Notes under the pieces: model-generated
What the model saw: the letters and a program-made list of their open reading frames with translations, nothing else
Database searches by the model: none
Told to the model about the DNA's origin: nothing
Program-made: the position numbers and the translations under genes
Virus record (IMG/VR): IMGVR_UViG_3300040985_001053
Location: 1-35,678 of that record
DNA length: 35,678 bases
DNA from: a virus
Lineage: Duplodnaviria > Caudoviricetes
Reading direction: 5' to 3' (one strand)
In this document: positions 23,426 to 32,008 of the stretch, in pieces
Layout: each line of letters opens with the position of its first letter
Position numbering within the stretch: the first letter of the stretch is position 1

Positions 23426-24147
23426 TATAAGCCCCCTTGCTGTGATGCTTGATATTCAGCAATTAACTGTTGGGCAAGTGCAGGGTCAATCCCCGCCAAC
23501 TGCTGCTGTACGCCGCCCTGCTGTTGGTTCATGCCCTGCTGTTGTGAATTATTTCTCGCCATCCAAGCAGCAACACCACCTGGCATGATTTTCTCATTCG
23601 AGCCAGGTGGGTGATAGTGACCCTTGTGAGGTATTAGCTGACCAGACATCATTGCCGACCCTGCCCCGCCCCCAGCCTCCATTGGGCTTCTTTCATCAAG
23701 ACCTAGATCACTTATACTGCCAAACTCAGGCAGCCGCCCTTGTAATTGAGGCGCTTGGATTTGAGTAGCTTGGGGATTGTAATTAATAGGCTGACCAAGA
23801 ATCGCCGCCATCTGTGGGTTATGACCAGCAATAATCTGGTTCTGAGCGCCCATATTCCCCTGCTGAAACGTCCTTAACTGCTCTGGAAATGCCTGATTGA
23901 AAATATCCATACTGGCTTGCATTCCAGTCTGCAAAGACTCTTGAGCAGATGGGAATAACTTAAACAAATCACCGCGATTCTGCTTGATCGAAGAGTTAAT
24001 AAACTCCATCGACTCAGCACGCTGACGTTGAGCAGTCTCGTTAGCCGCCTCTATAGACTTTCTATCCTGCCTAGCCCCAGATGCCCCTAAACCCCCAGCT
24101 AAAATACCCGCGCCAGCCCCAATCAATGATGCTGCTATAAATGCCAT
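23425..24147 (-). CDS. Small ejection/pilot protein
   Basis: N-terminal MAFIAASLIGAGAGILAGGLGASGA and Gln-rich body; TAATG coupling. Confidence 0.65.
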   Translation of the reverse strand: MAFIAASLIGAGAGILAGGLGASGARQDRKSIEAANETAQRQRAESMEFINSSIKQNRGDLFKLFPSAQESLQTGMQASMDIFNQAFPEQLRTFQQGNMGAQNQIIAGHNPQMAAILGQPINYNPQATQIQAPQLQGRLPEFGSISDLGLDERSPMEAGGGAGSAMMSGQLIPHKGHYHPPGSNEKIMPGGVAAWMARNNSQQQGMNQQQGGVQQQLAGIDPALAQQLIAEYQASQQGGL

Positions 24148-24557
24148 TATTTCTCTCCCAGCTCATCGTAAGATGACACTGTAAATGCTTCTTCCATTAG
24201 CTCTGGGTCTGGTTCACCATCCCAAGGCATGACATTAATCAAAACTGTATCCTCAATCGCGTAAATAGCCTTCTTCACACCAGCACCACTCACAAACGTA
24301 TAAGGAGATTGAACATTCAGTCTGCCCTTATCTGTAATCACAACCGCCTTACCATGACTGACAATGTTAATAGCTGAATACTTATGTATCCTGCCTGTAA
24401 TCACCGCACCTGCTGGGATAAATAATTCTCTGGTATAAGTTCCATGAGCAAAATAGTGATTAGTTTCATGTGGAACATCATCACCAATAGAAATAATAGC
24501 AGACTCTAAAATAGCCATCTGATCCCTATGCTCTTGATTGACTAAACCAGTATCCAT
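24147..24557 (-). CDS. Cupin-fold-like phage protein (position of P22 gp14)
   Basis: HYFAHGTYTRELFIPAG.VITGRIHK...SPYTFVSGAGVKKAIYAIEDTV. Confidence 0.7.
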   Translation of the reverse strand: MDTGLVNQEHRDQMAILESAIISIGDDVPHETNHYFAHGTYTRELFIPAGAVITGRIHKYSAINIVSHGKAVVITDKGRLNVQSPYTFVSGAGVKKAIYAIEDTVLINVMPWDGEPDPELMEEAFTVSSYDELGEK

Positions 24558-24802
24558 CCGCCACTCCTATCACCCGCGCCATCATCGGCTGCTTTTTTAA
24601 CGTACAAAATATTTCCTGCCGTTCCGTCTGTAGCCATGTAAAGGGTTGTTATCTTAGCCTCTATAACACCCTCTGGACTGCCAGTACCCGTTAAAATACT
24701 TAACTGGACCAATTCCCGCATAAGCTCTTGAGCGCGTCCTCTAACAACCTTACCCTCTTCATCGACCAGAGGCTCATTAACTGGCAAGTGGGCAATGCTC
24801 AT
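24542..24802 (-). CDS. Small tail protein (needle/plug position)
   Basis: PLVDEEG N-terminus and GTGSPEGVI.A....LY...DG..G..LYVK....GW motif. Confidence 0.65.
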   Translation of the reverse strand: MSIAHLPVNEPLVDEEGKVVRGRAQELMRELVQLSILTGTGSPEGVIEAKITTLYMATDGTAGNILYVKKAADDGAGDRSGGWILV

Positions 24803-25299
24803 TCTAATTCGGCCCCGTGATTAGGATGAAACCCATATTTAATCTCAGCCGCCAATCTTGCCTGTATAGCCACGCCCTTTTCAGTGAAATAACCCAAATG
24901 GATTTCTTTTCCTTTATGGTTTATTCGCGCCTGCCAATTCCCATCTCTTTTGAACCACCGAACACCAACCACGCCACTGGTATTGTCTGTCCTTATTGTT
25001 TGGTTTTTTAAATTCTCTTCTCTAGTGACGCGCCTCAAATTATCCCATCGGTTATCATCCCGGCAATGATTAATATGATCCGTGTCAGACTCAGGGAGCG
25101 ACCCATTCATGTATAAAAACGCCAGTCGATGCGCGTAATAACGCTTCCCATGTATTGATATTCGCCTGTAGCCATTATCGTTCATAGTTCCCGCTATCGC
25201 ACCCGATTTTACCCTCATCGATGGAGGTGAAATCCACCTAAAGACACCCACAATAGGGTCGTAATGTAACAAATCTTTCAGTATTTTCTGCGTTAGCAT
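24799..25299 (-). CDS. Free-standing HNH homing endonuclease with C-terminal AP2-like domain
   Basis: LHYDP..GVFRW, AGT...GYRRI, YYAHRLAFLY, DHINHCRDDNRWDNLR, NTSGVVGV...WQARI...HLGYF; start 25299 or 25326. Confidence 0.93.
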   Translation of the reverse strand: MLTQKILKDLLHYDPIVGVFRWISPPSMRVKSGAIAGTMNDNGYRRISIHGKRYYAHRLAFLYMNGSLPESDTDHINHCRDDNRWDNLRRVTREENLKNQTIRTDNTSGVVGVRWFKRDGNWQARINHKGKEIHLGYFTEKGVAIQARLAAEIKYGFHPNHGAELE

Positions 25300-25306
25300 T
25301 TCATTT

Positions 25307-26779
25307 TTACTCAAGTTCTGCTTCAACCTTAGCGAACACGAATTTAACAGGGTCGCTCACCTCAAACTTAAAACAAACCTCTCTCGAAACCCTGCCAAGA
25401 GAGTTCCAGATTGTGCGCTTGTCATATTCGCCTATCTTACCCCAATCTCTCGATATTTTATTGTTAAAAGTCCTTCCGCCATCGGTTGAAAAGCTCATCA
25501 TCACTACCGGATCAGAACCCTGGCCGCTCGTTAAACCAACCCCATGCTCGCCCCACAACTCAAGAGCGTTAATCCAAAACGGATGACCTTCATTATCAAG
25601 CTGGGGAGTTACAAATCGCCTTCTTAAAATATCGCCATACTCTGTGTAAGCATCCTGATCTAAAACACCTATGTTAGTCGATAACGCATCACCAACCATC
25701 AAAACACCATACGCATCCATCACATTCGTCACACGATAAGGAGTAGCTCCTCCACCGCTATTAACAGACTCACGGGTATGCCACTCCTTTGAGGTGAAGT
25801 CATAAATAAATGTCTCCTCACTGGGAAACGTAAAACCAGCAAACTGCGCCCCTGACTGTGAGTACCGAAAGGCATACGCAGTTGAAGTAACCGCATCACT
25901 GTATTTTGCAATCTCATTGTCTATTGCTGTGGTCGATAGCTTCTGAGGTCTGCCGCCATCTGTCAGCCAAATAGCAGGGGTTTCATTCACACTCGACCCC
26001 AAAAACAACATCAGATCATTAACCTCAACAATCGCAAACTTTGACACCAACCCCTTAGACTGAACACCACCCGAAACCCTCTGGAATGGAAAACCACTAC
26101 CGCCAATATTCTGAAATGGCTCAAAAGTCTCCGAACCCAATCCAATAGGCTCGTTATTCAACACAAACATTCTCACCAGCGAATCGGGGTCAGACTCAAC
26201 CAATACAAAATCAGTAGCCGTATACGCCGTACCATCTCGCAAATTAGAGTTAAAAAACTTCTGGGAATCTTGCTTGGCAAAGATGAAAAAACCGTCAACA
26301 TAATCCACACTCGACACAGGCCCATCGAAGTCTGCATCTGAAATCTGAACCAAACCGCCGCCAGTCGTGTAAGTGTAAGTATTAAATTGATTGGTCTGAT
26401 CGGGCAATACAATACATATCTGACCACCCTCCGCACCGTTGTCGGACATAATCACCCGACCAGTGCCAGGCAGCGTAGTCGCACCACTCACCAATGCGCT
26501 TGAATAACTATCTACGCCAAAAGCGTCAGTTGTTCTGTCAATTCTGTACAGCCCTGTCCCATTAACAACATACGGAACACCCTGAAAGACATGACCGCCA
26601 CGATTAATAACGTCCGTTCCTGCCGTAGTTCCCGCCGTTAATCCTGGAGTCGGAAATAAATTCTTTTCAACTGGATTAGCCGCTTGGGGGATATTCAGGT
26701 ACACGTTCACCGCTTCTTGCGCTGATATAGGCAAAGATTCTGATTTGTAAAATACTCCACCTAGATCAAGAGTAGCCAT
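25307..26779 (-). CDS. Tail hub / packaged-DNA stabilisation protein (P22 gp10-like)
   Basis: Q..VNVY...LFPTPGL, VDYVDGFFIF, AESDPD-like motif, KLSTTAID, TFIYD...EWH, SFSTDGGRTF, GKIGEY..R..W..LG, F.FEVSDPV. Confidence 0.9.
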   Translation of the reverse strand: MATLDLGGVFYKSESLPISAQEAVNVYLNIPQAANPVEKNLFPTPGLTAGTTAGTDVINRGGHVFQGVPYVVNGTGLYRIDRTTDAFGVDSYSSALVSGATTLPGTGRVIMSDNGAEGGQICIVLPDQTNQFNTYTYTTGGGLVQISDADFDGPVSSVDYVDGFFIFAKQDSQKFFNSNLRDGTAYTATDFVLVESDPDSLVRMFVLNNEPIGLGSETFEPFQNIGGSGFPFQRVSGGVQSKGLVSKFAIVEVNDLMLFLGSSVNETPAIWLTDGGRPQKLSTTAIDNEIAKYSDAVTSTAYAFRYSQSGAQFAGFTFPSEETFIYDFTSKEWHTRESVNSGGGATPYRVTNVMDAYGVLMVGDALSTNIGVLDQDAYTEYGDILRRRFVTPQLDNEGHPFWINALELWGEHGVGLTSGQGSDPVVMMSFSTDGGRTFNNKISRDWGKIGEYDKRTIWNSLGRVSREVCFKFEVSDPVKFVFAKVEAELE

Positions 26780-28104
26780 TAGTTAAAATCCGGCGCTATC
26801 TGCATTGATGCCATCTCATTATCATGGGCAAGAGCCGCCTCAAGAGACTCATACGCCTCCTGCTTTAATTCCATCCGTCTTTCTGGCTTAACACCGTAAG
26901 ATGGAGCCAAATCAGCAGCAATAGCCCACTTTAAAGGCTGATAAAACTCGCTTGGGAACTCTAATTCATCAGTGTTTTCAGTGTAAACAAGAGCCGCTTT
27001 AACATAAGTAAACCTCAAAATATTGTCATCCGAGTTAGCTACCTGCCAAATATACAACTCACCATCTGTTATTTGAGGCGAGTAATACCACTGATTCACC
27101 GTTCCGGTAGAGTCCTTGTCCGGTTGATTAAAATACTGCTCCCTTGACCACTGATTAGTGGGGATTTCCGACCCAGTTATACTAGATGCGTACCTCATTG
27201 AGAGTATTCGCATAGGTCTTGATAGTTTTGTAGTGTAAAAGAACACGCTCGCGCCATCAGCCGCCGCACTTGTCATCCCATTCTCAAGGTCTATAGACGT
27301 TGCAGAATCAACATTAAGAACATAATCCCAATGTCTAGTGCCATCAGTCTGCAAAATGCCCACTCTGGACCCAGAACCCTCCAAAACATACGTCAAATCA
27401 TAAGTAGTCGAAGTATGGCCAGTCGTAGTCGTGACATTTTCAATCCGAAAAATAATCTCAGTAGTCGATGCAGTAATAGTTAATTCGTTATCAGTCCCAG
27501 ATGCGGTTAAAGTAACGCTGTCTGCCTCTGTCGCTACGTTTAAGACAGAAAACTTAACACTGGTGCTTGTGCCTAACGTGAAGTTAAAACGCACCCTATA
27601 GGTCTCTCCTGCCGTTGTAGCCAGAGAGTAATCAGCACCACCAGCAGTTGCAGCTACGTTAGTAATCACCAGCCCACTCGATACGCTCAAAGTGGCAGAG
27701 TTAATAGCACTCCAATCCTGAACAGAATCAGTTGGGTCAGAGGTTAAAATATTCGGAGCAGCTACCATATCCGCACTAGAGGCAACCGTCACAACCGTAT
27801 CAGTCGCAACCAGAGCAGCAGTTAGGGTTGTATTGAAGGATAAATTAGCATCAGCGCACTCAGCACCATTAGGACCAAGCAAATACTTCTGTTGACCAGT
27901 AACCAATGGCAATAACGCCTCTTCTTTCAGCCAAAGATTAATATCCTGAGTCTGCCAGAACTTAGCAATGTTATTTAGCGAATCAAGCCCGCGTTCATAA
28001 TCAACACCCTGGACAGGCTGTTCAGCAGGAATAATGCGAGAATCCCTGAGAGCTTCCTCAATGATCTTCCCTGCGTTCTTGGTCAATACTCGGCTTGTTG
28101 CCAT
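26779..28104 (-). CDS. Head-tail adaptor (gp4-like) with a large internal insertion
   Basis: IIEEALR...GLDSLN.....W....INLW, L..GQ.KY, then RPMRI, Y...PDK...G....WYY, FPSEFY.PLKW.IA.DLAP.YG; about 230 extra Thr/Ser-rich residues in the middle. Confidence 0.8.
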   Translation of the reverse strand: MATSRVLTKNAGKIIEEALRDSRIIPAEQPVQGVDYERGLDSLNNIAKFWQTQDINLWLKEEALLPLVTGQQKYLLGPNGAECADANLSFNTTLTAALVATDTVVTVASSADMVAAPNILTSDPTDSVQDWSAINSATLSVSSGLVITNVAATAGGADYSLATTAGETYRVRFNFTLGTSTSVKFSVLNVATEADSVTLTASGTDNELTITASTTEIIFRIENVTTTTGHTSTTYDLTYVLEGSGSRVGILQTDGTRHWDYVLNVDSATSIDLENGMTSAAADGASVFFYTTKLSRPMRILSMRYASSITGSEIPTNQWSREQYFNQPDKDSTGTVNQWYYSPQITDGELYIWQVANSDDNILRFTYVKAALVYTENTDELEFPSEFYQPLKWAIAADLAPSYGVKPERRMELKQEAYESLEAALAHDNEMASMQIAPDFN

Positions 28105-28364
28105 TAAACTTGTCCCTCTGGGTTAAAGCTCGGCACTTCTAATGTTTCTGTCTGGCCTTGTGTTCTAGTCTGGTTCTTGATTGAAGGAGAATCAGGTCTG
28201 GGACGTATCGTGAGCTGGGGTTGCTTCTCGTAATACTCATCTTTTCCAACAAGTTTATTGTCCCAGGTTAGGCGCATATCAGAGCGTTTATACTTCTGCC
28301 CAGAATCATCCGATACTGAGTTATGCGTACCCTTAACATACCTGTCTCTTCGCACAATACCCAT
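28104..28364 (-). CDS. Small conserved virion-module protein
   Basis: SDDSGQKYKRSDMRLTWD..LVG.DEY.EKQPQL..R; TAATG coupling. Confidence 0.7.
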   Translation of the reverse strand: MGIVRRDRYVKGTHNSVSDDSGQKYKRSDMRLTWDNKLVGKDEYYEKQPQLTIRPRPDSPSIKNQTRTQGQTETLEVPSFNPEGQV

Positions 28365-28477
28365 TACTTACCCTTAGATGCCCTTTGCTTGGTTACTTTC
28401 TTATTTGAATGGCAGCAAGCACCCTGCGGCAACTGCTTCCCCTTCTTTTGCTCTTCTGTCTGTCTAACTCTGCTCAT
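28364..28477 (-). CDS. Very small basic protein (37 aa)
   Basis: Manual translation MSRVRQTEEQKKGKQLPQGACCHSNKKVTKQRASKGK*; TAATG overlaps at both ends. Confidence 0.6.
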   Translation of the reverse strand: MSRVRQTEEQKKGKQLPQGACCHSNKKVTKQRASKGK

Positions 28478-29151
28478 TAGTAATCCCCTTGTGTGACAGT
28501 GACCGTTGCCGCGCCTGTTGCAGAACCAACCGTCTGAATAAACCGCACAGAACCAACCGGAAAAGCAATATTAGACTGATCATCTGCCGTTACCGTAGTC
28601 AGACCGTCAATATTTCGCCAATCAGCATCAGTTGAATAGGAATTAGTCCAAGCCGTATTCCCTCTCAGAGCAGGGTCAGGAAGATCAGGAGTATACTGAC
28701 CAGATAAAGTCATAGTCCCAGCCGTTAAATCAAAGTAAGCACCCAAATTAAACGGGGTCTGCTTCCAATTAACCGGAATCGACTTAGTAACCGCGCCAGA
28801 CGCAGCCAGAAAGCCAACCTCAACAGCACCAGCACTATCATCGTCAATACTAATAGCGGAGATAGACTTCGCGTAGAACGTCCCAGCAGAGGTCGTGCCA
28901 TTAGCACCCGCAATCGTGCCCGTCTGTGAAATTCCGTCAGCATCCTTGAATGTGACCGTCAAAGTTCTGGCAGCATCAGCCCCAGCCCATGTCGCAGTGA
29001 CAATCTGAGCCGCAGCAGCAGTTGCCACACCATCCGTTGCCAATGCACCAGTGATGGTTAGACTCTGAACACCACCAGCCGCAGGAGTCTGTGATACACA
29101 AACACCGTTGTCATCATCGCTCAATACTGGCATATCTATTTGCTTGTACAT
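28477..29151 (-). CDS. Structural protein (beta-rich, Thr/Ala-rich)
   Basis: D.NGVC.SQT...L.ITGALA..G; GAGGA SD; lies in the virion module. Confidence 0.7.
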   Translation of the reverse strand: MYKQIDMPVLSDDDNGVCVSQTPAAGGVQSLTITGALATDGVATAAAAQIVTATWAGADAARTLTVTFKDADGISQTGTIAGANGTTSAGTFYAKSISAISIDDDSAGAVEVGFLAASGAVTKSIPVNWKQTPFNLGAYFDLTAGTMTLSGQYTPDLPDPALRGNTAWTNSYSTDADWRNIDGLTTVTADDQSNIAFPVGSVRFIQTVGSATGAATVTVTQGDY

Positions 29152-29348
29152 TTCAGATCCTCTTAATTAAATTCGTTCTAGCAATTATATTCGTTCTACC
29201 CACGTTGCGCCTGCTCCTACCGTGCCAGATACTGAGCGCCGCAATCAAGATTAGATCGAAAGAAAACCTCCCCGGTTGTCTTTATCGCTTGGGGGCTAAT
29301 CAGAAATGACTTAACCCCGTTGCGATTGTCAATTACTCGAACCACCTA

Positions 29349-30317
29349 CTAGCTATCAGCCGCAGGCAATAAATACCCAGACTTATCAATGACTGAAGTC
29401 GCTCTGTTATCGATGAAAGTAATGTTACTTCCAGCAGTAGTATAAAGCTCACCAGCAGTATCAAGACTTCTCCAAGAGTTGCCCTTCATCAAGCCTGTGT
29501 TAGTCGTAGTCGTATCAGCAAAAGTGATATAACCAACCGCACTAGCAGTAACCAAACGAGTCGCGTAGTTATTCTGGATGTCGATATTAGTCAGGTCTTT
29601 ACCAGCAGCAACCTCTGCATAACAAGACACAACACCATTGACCCCTAAATTCACATAACTGTCATGGATAGTAAGGCCGTCCACATCAGCATCAACATTG
29701 ACTACCGACCCAGTTGATAGGTCAGGAGTAATCCACTTCAGCCCCTTAATGCACAGGTCATCAGCAGCATTGTCAACGGTTGAGATGTCAATAATATCGA
29801 CAATGTTAAGGTCGGCAGCAGAATCAACCACCTCAACATCCTCAAGCGTAAAGCCAGTCGCTGTAGTTAATGTAAACGCTGCGGCAACATCAGCAAAAGC
29901 CGCACTAATAAGCACGTTCTTAACAGCTACATTCGCAGCACTAACTGTAATAGTAGCCGCTGTTGCAGTAGTGAACGAGATGGTAGGTCTGAGCGAGCCA
30001 GAACCTAAACCAACAATCGCAACACCAGCAACATCGCAAGCAATGGAGCCAGCAGCACTGACTGTCTCAGTGTGACCAGGCATAACCATAATGATGTCAC
30101 CACGAGAGGCAAGACATCGGCCTATCGCGTAATCAATCGTTGCCCAGGGAGCTGTGTACGTTCCTGTGTTACCGTTGGAGCCGCCAACCTTCTGACCTCC
30201 ACCCAACACAGATGATCCGTTCACCCAAAATACATTACCTGGGTAAAGTTGTGTGATAGGTGTGTCTCGGATAGTTACTCCGTTGACAAACCCATCTGGG
30301 AAATTAGTTACTGTCAT
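29349..30317 (-). CDS. Parallel beta-helix (pectin-lyase-like) head fibre/decoration candidate
   Basis: TNFPDG N-terminus, GNVFWV, GSNGNTGT...PWATIDYAI, RGDII.VMPGH.E, GVAIVGLG.GS.RPT. Confidence 0.75.
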   Translation of the reverse strand: MTVTNFPDGFVNGVTIRDTPITQLYPGNVFWVNGSSVLGGGQKVGGSNGNTGTYTAPWATIDYAIGRCLASRGDIIMVMPGHTETVSAAGSIACDVAGVAIVGLGSGSLRPTISFTTATAATITVSAANVAVKNVLISAAFADVAAAFTLTTATGFTLEDVEVVDSAADLNIVDIIDISTVDNAADDLCIKGLKWITPDLSTGSVVNVDADVDGLTIHDSYVNLGVNGVVSCYAEVAAGKDLTNIDIQNNYATRLVTASAVGYITFADTTTTNTGLMKGNSWRSLDTAGELYTTAGSNITFIDNRATSVIDKSGYLLPAADS

Positions 30318-30373
30318 TTTACTTCTCCTGTGACCTCTCGGCCCGAATGAAACATTGATTGTCTACAGTTGTT

Positions 30374-30396
30374 AAAAAACAGGGGCCGAAGCCCCC
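30374..30396 (-). terminator. Intrinsic terminator after the major capsid gene
   Basis: GGGGC-UUCG-GCCCC-UGUUUUUU on the minus strand. Confidence 0.85.
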
Positions 30397-30419
30397 ATTA
30401 AATCACGCTACCAAAGCAC

Positions 30420-31343
30420 CTAGTTGCCCTGGCTTCCTATAGCTCCGCGAGCGTCATCCCATCCGAAAGAATATCTTTCATCAGCTTTGAAACGCGCATT
30501 GCCAGAAGTAAAAGCGTTATCCTGACCAAACCGAACAGCACGACGACTGTAATACTTCAACCCACTAGGGGCATCAGTAGTCAGAAACCATGCATCAGTA
30601 TCAGTAAGATAAGGATTTGATACCCAACCATCACGGACAGAGTTCATATCGCGTACTGCGTTAGTCGCGTTATTACCTGTGTCGTTCTGCAAAACAGAAC
30701 CCAGGATTCTCTGAGCGTTAAAGGAGTTGGTTCCAGCAGCTACAACAAGCCTTTGAGCCTGTAGAGCAGCAGGTAAGCCTCGCGCATCGTCCATAGTCTG
30801 AACAATAGCTAGTGCGTCCTCTAGGGATGCCTCAGTCAAATCAGCGTCAACCGCCAATCTGTTAGAGTAAGTACCACCAGAAGGGCCGTTAGAGTGTGCT
30901 GTGTTGAACAACTCATCGCCATCACCATCAACCATTGTGATAGTAGAATCAAAGCCATTGTTAAACACGTTAGCACCATCAATCTCTTTACCAATACGCA
31001 TAGCGCGGGCAAGAGCTTGAGCGCCATCACTCAACTGACCGTAAAGCTCATCTTCAAGAGCCTCTTCAGTCACAATAAACCCTTTCGCAAGAGTATTGTG
31101 CTGATACTTGGGAGTAAAACCCTGTCGGCGAGAGTCAAAGGTAATATCATCACCTTCATCTTTATTCGCTGATCGAGAGAAACCCTCAAGCTGAACATTA
31201 ACTTCAAAGTTCTTGTTGGATGTTAGAGTCTTGAACAACTTGTCGTAACAAGTCTCATGCTCACCCATCGCATTACCAAAAACTTCACTTACACCATCTT
31301 GTAGTAGCCGTGGAAGACTACCTGTGCCGATTACTCCAGCCAT
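30420..31343 (-). CDS. Major capsid protein (HK97 fold, Mu gpT-like podovirus type)
   Basis: K.EG..ITFD, Y.H.T.A.GF.VTEEA.ED.LY, ANVFNNGF, GDG.ELF.TAH, LTEASLE, NPYLTDTDAWFL, ERYSFGW.D.RG..GS.G; AGGAG SD and strong downstream terminator. Confidence 0.92.
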   Translation of the reverse strand: MAGVIGTGSLPRLLQDGVSEVFGNAMGEHETCYDKLFKTLTSNKNFEVNVQLEGFSRSANKDEGDDITFDSRRQGFTPKYQHNTLAKGFIVTEEALEDELYGQLSDGAQALARAMRIGKEIDGANVFNNGFDSTITMVDGDGDELFNTAHSNGPSGGTYSNRLAVDADLTEASLEDALAIVQTMDDARGLPAALQAQRLVVAAGTNSFNAQRILGSVLQNDTGNNATNAVRDMNSVRDGWVSNPYLTDTDAWFLTTDAPSGLKYYSRRAVRFGQDNAFTSGNARFKADERYSFGWDDARGAIGSQGN

Positions 31344-31356
31344 GATAAATCTCCTA

Positions 31357-31914
31357 TTAAGCTATACCAGTCGCGCCAAGTTTAGAGGTAGATTCGTTAA
31401 TACGAACTATTGCGCGGTTTCCTAAGACCCCGTCGCTATCCTCTTTTAAGGCAACAATGTGAAGTGGAAGAGTAGACGTAGTTGCAACACCAGTTGCATT
31501 CGCGCCCATATTTGAGTTGAAAACACTACCAGAAACCGTCCCAGCAGTAACAACAGCAGGACAGTTCAGACCAACATTAGCAACCACCAGAGGACCGTTA
31601 GAAACAGCAACCTCATAAGTAGCAAAAGCATCAACATTGACTAGAACATTGCCCGCAGTAGTCGCGGCAAGGTGGGTTATGGAAAGTGCTTCGCCCGAAA
31701 GCGTAGGCTTAACAGAGCTGATTACGCCCGTATTAGCCGCGTTAGCTGTACCGATATCTACTTCTGAAACTCCAGTAGCAGAACCGTCACCAGTAATTAA
31801 AACAAGATCACCAGGCCCAAGAACTCCTGCATGAGCAGCATCAACCGCAAAGGTCTTCTGCTTCCCATCAATAGAACCGTTGGACTCAGTGCCTACTAAA
31901 TCAAAACCTGACAT
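31357..31914 (-). CDS. Capsid decoration/cement protein
   Basis: Ala/Val/Gly-rich beta protein with GDLV motif, directly upstream of the MCP. Confidence 0.7.
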   Translation of the reverse strand: MSGFDLVGTESNGSIDGKQKTFAVDAAHAGVLGPGDLVLITGDGSATGVSEVDIGTANAANTGVISSVKPTLSGEALSITHLAATTAGNVLVNVDAFATYEVAVSNGPLVVANVGLNCPAVVTAGTVSGSVFNSNMGANATGVATTSTLPLHIVALKEDSDGVLGNRAIVRINESTSKLGATGIA

Positions 31915-32000
31915 GAGTAAACCCTCATTAAATTAAATAAGAAAACAAGCCCCGAAGGACTTAACCGATTTCTCTTCAACTTAACGGGGGTCTACCGCTT
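31911..32000 (-). promoter_or_regulatory. Predicted structured 5' leader with complementary loops
   Basis: Hairpin AGCGG-UAGACCC-CCGUU; long stem capped by cUUCGg; hairpin AUGAG-GGUUUA-CUCAU covering the SD and AUG. Confidence 0.5.
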
Positions 32001-32008
32001 TGAAAAGC

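Noticed and set aside
29152-29348. Hammerhead or other small self-cleaving ribozyme
   Set aside because: I could not find a CUGAnGA core paired with GAAA, or other recognisable ribozyme consensus, on either strand.
30405-30422. Stop-codon read-through extension of the major capsid protein
   Set aside because: A second in-frame TAG follows after three codons, with a terminator just downstream.
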